Source of the DNA: Euprymna scolopes
Lineage: Eukaryota
DNA length: 64,000 nt
Direction: 5' to 3' (one strand)
NCBI GenBank assembly: GCA_053919585.1
Contig: CM132809.1
The position numbers and the translations under genes are program-made. How positions within the stretch are numbered: position 1 is the first letter of the stretch; each line of letters starts with the position of its first letter. The notes under the pieces are model-generated. The model was not told the origin of the DNA and did not search any database. It saw nothing but the letters and a program-made list of their open reading frames with translations. Shown here in pieces: positions 53,001 to 64,000 of this stretch.

Positions 53001-56000
53001 TAGATCTTCCTCATTTAATATTCTCGCTGATAATAGTGTGTACAGTTCCCCCACTAACATAAAACTGCGCACTTATTGTATCCATAGCAACACGCGCGTC
53101 CTTATGCAGGAACGTCTTTGTTTGCCTATTACATTCTGTTGTTCTTACTTCCCTACTTTTTCCACACCTGTCAATATCCCAAATATGCCTCTTGTCGTCA
53201 TTGAATCTCTTATGCCACTTAATAAGAAAATCATGCCATATTTTACTGTGACAATGTCCAAAGTTTAAAAAATAATTTTACTGCATATATTTCTTCTAAA
53301 GTAACCTGACATTCAGATTGCTTTTTTTTTTAATTTACCAGCTTACATAATCAGGTTTTAGTAGATTTTATTCTAATTCATAGTCGAGGTGTTCATTTGA
53401 AATAGAGATCATAAATAATGGTCAGTTATATTACAACATACATATCAATAATATCCTGATTAGTACAAATGAAGATTGTTTGATTTGATTCTTTATCGAT
53501 CATTGGCTACAACTTATCAAGTTCACACGTACGTGTATCGTTGAAACGTATGATCGAAGATCTTGTTTTGTGTCAGTATATTTATAAAAAATATTACAGC
53601 TATGCTTCCCATTATCTATCCAACGCATGAAACCATGTAAGTATTGTTCGAACTCTCGTCATTTGTGTTCTGACAACAAAAGTGCTTATTGGTTTACTGT
53701 TTAAATATGCAACAGTGTTTATGTCAATTTATTTCAAACAGAATATAGTTCAGAACAAAATGGGTCTTAGTGGCAAACACGTAAATTCCAAATAACTTGC
53801 ATTGGACACGGAGTTGCCTAATACGTCCATTATTCTATTTTTCAGAGTATTTCAGAATTATACATATTGTTATTAGTTAAAATTAAATTGTGTTATCTCT
53901 TAATACAGTCCGTGATTAAATGCTATCAATATATATTCGAACTCAATTATTTGGATTATTCTGACTGTTCAAAATGCTGGGGTTATTCTTACAATGTTTC
54001 TGAAGATATAATATTTACTTCTTTCCAGGGTTATATTTAGCATCTTTCCTATTGTAAGTTTATAAACACAAGCTGCAGGTCTATACGTCCCGACTGAAAA
54101 ATACAATAGAAAGTTCACACTATTTACCATTGCTCAATTGCAAAAAACACATTAGTATAAGATTATACACACTGAACTCGATTTCATAATAATTTAAATA
54201 ACCCGTCATTGTTTTATTTACATTTATTAAAACATGAGGATATGATTGTTTAGGTGCAATATCTATGTATATATTTTTTCTCGTCTTTAATTAAATATTT
54301 AATAATAAATTATTTGCTCATTTAGCAAACTGTTCATTCCTGCTGAGAAATCATGAACTCGTGATTATTAACACAGCAGTACGCCTCATCGCTTTGATAA
54401 ATAGACTGAAATTAAAAGGTTATTGATTTACGATTTATTCAATGTAAAACAAAAATACAACATTACGCATCATCTTTTACACGCGCATGATTAAAAGAAA
54501 AAAAAAACAAGAAAATATTTCAATTTTATGCTTTCAGAGTCTGAAGGCACAGCTAATTTAATGCATTTTTGTATGGAAAATATACATACAACGCACGTAT
54601 ATGAAGCTATACAAATTGCAATCTGTATATGAATGTGACGGATCGTATAAAAGGGCTGAGCTGAACATATAACTTCACCTAATATTTTAATAAGCATTCC
54701 TAATCTGGTATAATTATATCTAGAAAAATTCAAACGAATTTTAAAAAAAATAACTAACGCTACTAAGATTTGTCAGCTGCATAATTTAACACGGGGAAAA
54801 CAATAGTTTTTTTTTTATTATGACGTTTATATAATGATGTTTGTATATTTGTTCCGCATCAGAAGCACAAATAAATTTTTTAGAAGTGTTCACACGCAAT
54901 CTTAATCTCAAACAATTGTGACATTCAAAATTAGCTAAACTTTCACCCAATTTACCTTTCTGTACAATAGATACATAAACAAGACCATACTTTATTCATT
55001 ACAATATTTGTTATTGACAATACATCTACGGATAATATAGGACGCCTGGTTTGATGTCTTATCTACAGATATATCTCCATTATTCGATACTAAAGATTTT
55101 ATCAGACAATTATGGAATACGAAAATATTATGGACTTCAATGGAGTCTATTTTCTTTATGAACCTCTCCACCTGTTTAAATCCGTTTTCCATACATGTTC
55201 TAAAAGTGTGTATGATCACTCCGTAGCATTCTTAAGCTTGACACAAGATTATATTTTTACAGAAAATTTACTCCTCTCAATGCGTTTCCAGCTTCTTAAA
55301 TAATACTTTGTAGTACATGTATTTAGTTTTAAATGCCGTAAATTAAATTTGAATGTGCTTCAAGTTTAACAGAACTAATTTTAACTTAGACATGTGCAAA
55401 AAAATTAGGCTAGCCTAAATAAGCTACGTTGGTTAAATTCATATAAAAAGGGCAGCGCGGATAATAGCAGAAAAAAATTAAATAAAATAAATCGCATATC
55501 TGTTTTAATTCTTAAATTCTTAAATAATATATTAATATTCATAATTTTGTAAAATTAGCAAAATGGAGTGCAGAATTTGTCATAATAATAGTGAAGCATT
55601 ATTTGGAATAATATATAAACTATTATAAAATGGTTTATTTTGAATATTATGTGCTCCTGTCTTTATATTATTCTGCATACTAATCTTTTACTCATACCAA
55701 TTGTTTATGAAAAAATGAAATATAATTGCGTCAAAAATAAATCATTAACTCACGATTTTAATCAATGACAAAATAATATGAGTAAAAATAATTGTGCTGT
55801 AATTCATAAATGAGATGAGCATGCGTGGCATATACACAACGACGTGTGTTTAAAAATCTATATTAGTAAAATATGCGTGTGGATGAAAATCTGCCTCATT
55901 GCATGAATATGGTGCCGAGTCTTAAATCGCAGGTAATTTATTTGGTTTCACGTGCACACCTTATTATTTTTCTTTCACAAATATTGATAATCAGCAAAAC

Positions 56001-59000
56001 ATTAACATGGTTTGTTAATAATATATTTATGTTTTTCGTTAAAACTGTCGAACTCTTACATTTTTATATTACTTGCAGTCTAAAACAGTTCGAAAACGTT
56101 AATGTTTACGAGGCCTTCTGTTTGTAACTATAGATCCAAGTTATAGCTGATATTTTATATAGAAATAATAATAATGTTTTCATAAATGTAAATAAAACAA
56201 TGACGCGTTACTTTAAATTATTACGAAATCGAGTTCAGTTTGTATAATCTTATTATAAAATCATAAAAAAGTAAATTTGTGGAAAGTATATACACACCTT
56301 TTTCATTTCTAAATCATTCAATGATGAATTTATTATTTGCGTTTTTTTTTATTATTTGCTTATTCATTTTATTAGCGCTCTTGTCATTGTCTTGGATGTT
56401 ATTTCTACAGCGTATGACACGATATAAACTTTGGCATTTTTCAGATGCGTATTTGCAAATTTAGGGACCTTTATATCGAAATAACCAACCTGTTTGGAAG
56501 TTTGTAAAAAATAAATAGGAAAATCGCTAGTATATGTTTTATTTATATGATCAGTTACGATTATGTAAGATTTTTAAATTTTTCGTAAGTGTATACTAAA
56601 TATCAATCTCCTGTCATTGTTTTCGATCTTTTAAACTATGTAATGCAACGGCTCATCGCAACAAAGTAAAGGTGCAGCAGGAAAATATTAAACAAAAACA
56701 AGCATACACAGCGCAACAAGTTTACAGTTTTATGTAGTTAATAGTTTTAATTGTTGGGTTGTGTAGCGTTAATGTTCAATTATGCGTTATATAATGAGTT
56801 TACACCATTATAAAACTATACAAAGAACACACATATAACAGTTGCGATTTTGATCAATGAGTACAGTTTTATTTACTTGGAGAATCAAGAAACAATACCA
56901 ATCTTGTTGCATTAATCCATTTCTGAGTTATTACAGGCACACAATAATAGTTTGTTTGGAAACAGCAGACATTCTGTATTAGTTATTATCCCGTGTGTCT
57001 GTAACGTCGATATTTATCGTACTTGCGTCAATCGCATTCTTAGCAAAATTTTCACCCAGCAGTCAATGTTACATTAATAACATACGTAAAACACGTGAGG
57101 CACACTAAAAGTAAATAGAGCTTACTTCTCCACAGCCAGATATTACTAGGACTTTCAAGAAGCAATAGTATACAGAATGAAAATAAATATTCAGTTCTTA
57201 AGATCTTTTTTCAGAGTCTGTCATCTTATATATGGACCTAAACCAGAGTTAATATAAAGAGATAAAACATAAATTGTCAAGAACATAACAAGGGTAAGCA
57301 AATGGATTTATTGCTTGACACTTTGTCTTGCTTGTAAACAACACAGACGACACATTCATCAGATACATACGTTGTTTCGCCAAAATTGAACGAACAACAA
57401 TTAACATATTATATCATTTCTGTGCAACGTAGCACTCAATAAATACGAAGCCTATGACAGCAATGAAAACTAAATATGAATTTATAATCTCCTATGAAAT
57501 CACTCTAAAATCGGAGACATGTCTGATTGCTTGGTAACTTTTATTAATTTTACAAGGCATATTTTGATTTCTTTTGCTGAACAATAATTAACTTATCATT
57601 AGAACAGTATTCTTCAAGCAATGCTGAATCTTCATCATTCTTCTTTGAGGTCTAGAAAACTTAACTTTGAAATTTTGAACTATGAACAATCATGGAAGTA
57701 ATGTTATGCTAATTCCAAATGCGTTACCACACGTTGCAACTGGTCAAATTCAACATAATATATAAAAATGTAAACTGACTTATTTAGACTGCCCCTACAT
57801 TGAAACTTAAATAACAAACGAGTTCTAATAGAATATGTTTTAGTATTTATAATGATTTAATATCTGTCAATAAGAAAGTTTGAGTATTGTTTTGTTCATT
57901 TTAATGAAAGATGAAAACCCGTCAACTATTACCAACATTTCCAGCTACCGTTCGACATAGTAATATGGTTATGCACCCAATGGGTATAATACTGATATGG
58001 CAGCTCAGCGTGAACAAAATGAGCAGTAATCTGAATATAAGAAGCCAGTAGAGACCTTACTAATAAACTAAATACATAAAAAACGGGGGTTAGCGTGTGT
58101 GCTCCAGAGCTTATAACTTACAAGGTATGTTGAAAAAGTCTCACCAATAAGACGCGAACATTATATAGATTCATTTATAGAGAAATTTCAATAAACAAGA
58201 TTTAAACCATGTTTTAGATAAATCCCAACAATTGCAAAAGAACCGGCATTTTTCATTAAAACCATTTTACACAGTAATTGTGCTAGTCCCCGACAAATTG
58301 TAATTGTGTAATGCCTAAAAATACCTTCGAGGGTTAACGGTGTTCGTCTAAATCAGATATGATTAATTAAATGTTTACGCGTTGAGTCAAATTACATATC
58401 GTTAAAGCAAATATATCGACGCATGAGGAAAGTTTTACATAAGTGTACAGCATTAAATGGAAATACATCTACATGAATATATTTGAATGTTGTAAATTAT
58501 TATTTAAGTATGACTATGAATTATTAAGTGTTTTAGGGCAACATAATTACGCAAAGAGTACGTTGAAATGAACTAAAACTCTAGAAATGTAAAAAGCGAA
58601 AGATGCTTGGAGTCGTGATCAGAAAATGACAAAATACTCTCAAATATTGCCAGTCACCATTTAAAAGTATGAGTAAACTCCCAATAGGTAAAATTGCCTT
58701 GCTATGAATTACAACTATGAACACAAAAAGAAAGAGTAATTTAAACAAGCAAGAATTCATATAATAATAAAATAGCCCTACTTATAAAATTGTCATCTGC
58801 TATCCTAGACATGAAAAACTGCAAGTGCAATGGATGTATGTTGTTTAAAGTTAGCAGAAAGCAAAAAAAGAAAAAAAAGATCAAACGAACAGAAGTCTTA
58901 TCGCGTGTGTGTCAGGCGAATGTGGTTGAAAGAGAGAGAGAGAAATCAAGATAGCCCCCATAGGTTGAATAGGGTTGCTCTGGTGGAAGTAACGTAAAAT

Positions 59001-59539
59001 AACACGGAATCACGCGTGAGACATGCGTACGACCCTCTCTTGGTTAGGGCACGCAAGGGCCACTAATCGTCTTCTGGAAACTTCGGTCGTGATGGCTGAT
59101 TCTTCGAGAGGCAGTCGCAGTGTTTTTCCGAACGCCTCGCTGTAGACTTTGTCTGTAAGCGAAAAAACGGAAGCTGTATTTGCAAGAATGAAAATATACG
59201 AATGGGTTCTATTCTACGAAAAAAATTCATTTCACAAAAATTACAAACTGTTTACACATATGTACACTTACAGTTCTTAACACATTTTTTAAAAAGTCCC
59301 ATGTCTTTCTTTTCGTAGGTGGCACTCAAGCGAAATGGGGAGGGGTGTGGTCACGTCTTCAGAGAGCGATTATTATTATCTCGAGATTCTGCACCAATCT
59401 GGAATCTGACTAATTTTCCAGCGGTATTTGCCTAATATAATGTGGTGTGTGGTCGGGGTTAAAAATCCCCTAAGCCTATCAATTTACGACCCGCACCTGG
59501 GGGAAAACCGTCAAATGCCGATTGCGGATGTACAACTCA

Positions 59540-59943
59540 GATTAATGAATAGGAAGAGATATAAAATAGAAAAAAAGAAATTAATAATGAAAAAAGAAGT
59601 ATAGGGAAGAAAGAGAGAGAGAGAGCGGAAGGAGAATTAAGAAGACGAAGTCAATAAACAATCATAAAAAAATATGTAAGACCGCGAAAATAAGTCTAGA
59701 TTATGCAGGACCATTTATTTAACATGCGTGATTTTTTATTTGCTCTCTTTTTCTGTCCTGCATATGCCTAACCTTACTTTTACTTTCTGACCTATTTTCC
59801 CAGCATGCCACATTATTTTATAAAGGTTTATTAACTTCGTCTTCAAAGTTTCTTCTTTCTCTCTTTCTATTTATCCCCCCTCTATTCCTTTTTTCATTAT
59901 TATTTTCTATTTTCTAATGTATATCTCTCAACATTCCTTAATC
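59540..59943. repeat. Degenerate foldback (~170-bp purine/pyrimidine arms)
   Basis: ATAATGAAAAAAG, GAAGACGAAGT and TATGCAGGAC are mirrored by GTCCTGCATA, ACTTCGTCTTC and CTTTTTTCATTAT. Confidence 0.75.
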
Positions 59944-61422
59944 TTATTTTTTCCGTTCCGTTTATTTTATTTTATTTTATGTTCTCCTCTATTCGGTATT
60001 TTATTAGGCGTGAACATTTTCTTTTCTATTGTTTTCTTTTCTTTCTTTTAGGTTGTGTTATTTTATCATTGTATTTTGATTTTTAATTCCATATTATTTA
60101 TTTATTTTTTAAAATTTTCATTTTCATTTTATTTTTATTTTTACTTTTAATGTTATTTTACATTTTAATTATTTTAACTTTTAGATTTTAACTTTTTCTT
60201 ATTTCATTTTTATTTTTTCTCTTCTGTTCAGTTTCGTTAATTTGCGTTGTCTGTCTAGTGCAAGCGGTTTTATTTTTGTTTTTTGAACAATTTGAAGTTA
60301 TTTTGGGGTGGAATTTGAAGTTCATCCTCTATAATAATAATAATAAACATATTAAATTTATTGATTAATATGTTTATTAATAAACATATCCACCGGACCT
60401 ATATAAAATCTTCTTTTTTTTTACCCATCAACTAAACAAAAAAAAATTGCTCAAGGAAAATGCCTACGTCTGACCATTACATTGTGATGGGGATTACTCA
60501 AAATAAAACTTGGATGATTTTACCACACTGCTATAAAAGATATTCACTTCGGATTTTACCATGCAATTTTGATGTGGTTTTTCATTTCCTTTTCATAAAC
60601 TTCCCTTACTCTATGACATTTACATACGTAAACAACATTTAATTGTGATTTTCAATATCTCAGTTACTTTAGCACAAGGTGAAAACCATTATTATTAGTT
60701 GCTAATATGCTCTCTACTGAAGAAATGTTAGATATGAAACCCCATAGGATAAGGAGTTATAATGCTTCAGATGTATTCTCTGTCTTACATAGAATAATAA
60801 AATATTTTGATTTGAAATTTTTACATTTCACGTCATAAATTTTTAATTTTATTGAATGACTAAAATTTGATTTATTAACTCTATCTTTTATATCGATCAA
60901 TTTTTATTTAATTTGGATAGTACTTATAGAATATTACTGCCAATATTATTTCGTAAAACTTATTATCACAGGTTTTCATATCAGTTGATNNNNNNNNNNN
61001 NNNNNNNNNNNNNNNNNNNNNNNNNNNNNNNNNNNNNNNNNNNNNNNNNNNNNNNNNNNNNNNNNNNNNNNNNNNNNNNNNNNNNNNNNNNNNNNNNNNN
61101 NNNNNNNNNNNNNNNNNTAATGTATTCATGTTAAATCGCACATTATCTCTTTGTGACGGATTGATTTTTGCTAGTTTTATGATGAGTTCGCAGCATTATA
61201 GATTCAGTGAATGATATAATAATAAAGTGATTGGTTTTGCGCCAGGAAACATATAGTGTCAAAAATTGTAAATATCAACTGAATTAAAGAGACTACATTA
61301 TAAGATATTCAACATAATAACATTTTTTATATATTTTTGTCATTTATTCACTATATTGTCCTGTAATTACAATGAGTTTTTAAAATAAAGATTGGTATAT
61401 AGCATAAGAGAAGATATTTCCA

Positions 61423-61454
<32 letters not shown>

Positions 61455-61606
61455 CATTTGTGTGTATATTGAGTGTGTGAGTGTGTGCGTACACTTACAC
61501 GCAAACACACATATATATGTGTATATATGTATATATATATATATAAGTATATTTCTGAATCGTGTTTATATGAATATCACCTAAATATAAGATAAAAACA
61601 AAACTG

Positions 61607-61678
<72 letters not shown>

Positions 61679-62219
61679 GAATGTAAATATATCAGATGTG
61701 AAAATGGCAATATAATTTAAAACTGTCGAGAAAATATAAAATATTATCATGATTAACTAAATAAAAGAATTAAAAGTATCGCAGAATAACAAGATGAAGT
61801 TTTACTGTAACTATCGTGGTAGTTGGAAAATAATCACAATTAATAATGAATTTTATATGAAAGCAATCTTACTGTTTCTCCCATGGCATTTAATCTCGTT
61901 ATCCGCTAGATTTTTAAATATTCCATTTTTATGAAGTTTAATTAATAATATTTATCTAACACTAGCAAGGTCATACGTGGTTGCTCGGGACCGTCGAAGA
62001 AAACTTTTGAAAATATCTGTTATTCTTGGGATAGAGTAATTTTTTATGTCTATCTATCATTTGCCATCTTGAACAACATAATATTGTACCTATCTAAGGA
62101 CGGGTATTATATGCATGAGATAATTGTACCTACCGTAGAACAGGAAATTTACAGCACATATATGGAAAAAATCCTTGCCTTGGGCGGGTAATATATATTT
62201 AAAATAATTTACATATTTT

Positions 62220-63035
62220 TTTGTTATGGAAACTGTTCTGTATGTCACAAGTAAGAGTTTTTGTTTTTAATCAGAGTGCTATAGTGAAACAGAATCGTAT
62301 TTCTCATTTAAAAGTCACACTACCTTAGTATGTTACATCATTTTTTGTTTTAATTACTTTTATGCACGCCACAGGTAGGATTTTAATTGTTTTTTTCATG
62401 GATTGGATAATGTACAGGTACGTCTTTTCTAATATATAGATGAAACTACTCGATAATTTTACATAATTGTCTGTTGTGTTAACTTTTCTGTGTGTCTCAG
62501 ATGAGAGTTTGTTTGTGTTTACATAAGAGTGCTATAGTAATGAAGCACCTTATTTCTTATATAAATGTCATACTACTCGACTATATTACACGACTTTCGG
62601 ATTTGATTACTTTTATGTACGTCGCAAGTAAAATTTTCTTTGTTTTGTAAAGTATCTTATTTCTTGGGTGTTGCACAATTACCTTATTTCTTGTGTAAGA
62701 TATTGTACATGTACCTTTTTTTAATTTATATATGAAATAACTCAATACTTTTATGACATGTTCTGTTTTATACATCAGAAGGTAATTTTTTGTTGTTGTT
62801 TAACTGGGTACTTCAGTGAAGAAGGGCATTATTTTTTAGATGTAAGTTAAACTACTCGAATATTTAATGGAATTTAATGTTTAAATAACTTATGTACGTC
62901 ACATGTAAGATATTCTCTGCTTTTTTTTCTGTGGTTACTATACTGCACCAGCACATTATTTCTTGTGTAGGTTACTGAGCAAGTATCTTATTCCTAATAT
63001 AAAGATGAAAACACTCGATGATTTTACATAAGATT
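62220..63035. repeat. Three degenerate ~250-280-bp tandem units, perhaps internal to a Helitron ending at ~61962
   Basis: Recurrent AGAGTGCTATAGT, ATTACTTTTATG.ACG and GATGAAA..ACTCGAT. ACTAG plus a degenerate hairpin lies at 61961-61990. Confidence 0.65.
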
Positions 63036-63164
63036 TTCATATGAGTACTACAAAGGGCTTATTACTTTGCTAGAATTCCCTGTAAACATAAATACATTAA
63101 TAAAGTAAGTGAGCATTACATGTGATTTTTGGAATATAGCATGTATAGACATATACCCACATAT

Positions 63165-63820
63165 GCATTACATATAATTCATAATGATCAGTTAATTAGT
63201 TTTGGAGTTGACCCGAGACACAAAAAGGTATAACTATATACACATAATTAAAATTAATAATGATCGGCTTATTNNNNNNNNNNNNNNNNNNNNNNNNNNN
63301 NNNNNNNNNNNNNNNNNNNNNNNNNNNNNNNNNNNNNNNNNNNNNNNNNNNNNNNNNNNNNNNNNNNNNNNNNNNNNNNNNNNNNNNNNNNNNNNNNNNN
63401 NNTAATTAGTTTAGGAGTGAATCTTATACGCAGACATATAAACATACACACATAATTAAAATTCATAACGATCAGTATATTAGTTGTGGAGTAAATCAAA
63501 TAATAGAAATGCATAATCATATATACATCCTTAACATTAATAATTATCGTATGATCATGAGTTTAGGAGTGCATCCAAAAAATACAATTATACAGATATA
63601 TATATATATATACATACATAAAATTAAGAATGGTCGGTTAATTAGTTTAGGAGTTAATCCAATGCACAGAAACATATAACCATATACACATCATTAAAAT
63701 TAATAATGATGGTTACTTGATTTAAGAGCGAATCAAATACATACAAATATAAAGACATATACCCATAATTAAAGTTCATAATGATCGATTAAATAGGTTA
63801 GGAATGAATTCAATACAATA
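63165..63820. repeat. Degenerate ~75-80-bp minisatellite
   Basis: Repeating CATAATTAAAATT.ATAATGATC.GTTAATTAGTTTAGGAGT, interrupted by a gap. Confidence 0.85.
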
Positions 63821-64000
63821 CTCCATTACTGGATCTATTTCGTGGTTATTGTAATGTAACAAATAAGCCTGTATATAATATATCCTATATATTTTAAATA
63901 TGACATTTTCGTTATATGCAGCAAAAGGATTTTTCGTAATTTTTTATAAAAGTGTCCTTTTATAAATATTACGTTACATTTCAGAGTCAGAATATCGGAA

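Noticed and set aside
54491-54733. GEVICSAQPF resembles a SMYD/SET N-terminal segment
   Set aside because: The MYND cysteine pattern is not recoverable, so it is too weak to call.
55112-55303. FLYEPLHLF resembles a sulfotransferase FYLFEPL motif
   Set aside because: The match is short, there is no upstream PAPS-binding motif, and no supporting exons were found.
63165-63820. CRISPR-like periodicity
   Set aside because: Whole units are degenerate copies with no unique spacers, the context is eukaryotic, and there are no cas genes.

Overview
This is AT-rich eukaryotic, probably invertebrate, scaffold DNA with many short N gaps and dozens of (TA)n/(CA)n microsatellites. The species cannot be determined. 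I found no host protein-coding gene, rRNA/tRNA gene or CRISPR array, and most entries in the ORF track are artefacts of TA repeats or N runs. The window is largely decayed transposons. DNA transposons: a nearly intact IR/DR Tc1 (DD34E, 32710-34346), a Chapaev3-type element (to 42229), deleted DD41D and DD37E elements, three mariner relics and a hAT-like MITE. Retroelements: a CR1/jockey-group LINE, a Penelope-like element with an inverted pseudo-LTR, Gypsy pol relics and a 5S-rRNA-derived SINE with RTE-like body. There are also several non-autonomous Helitron/Helentron families (two in tandem arrays) and three foldback palindromes. The most interesting signal is a non-coding repeat family ending in (TA)n that carries minimal type-I hammerhead ribozymes (minus strand, 14556-14608 and 7705-7757). 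One part of it forms a 249-bp inverted repeat with only 2 mismatches (5932-6180 / 6881-7129). All family assignments come from reading motifs by eye, not from database searches.
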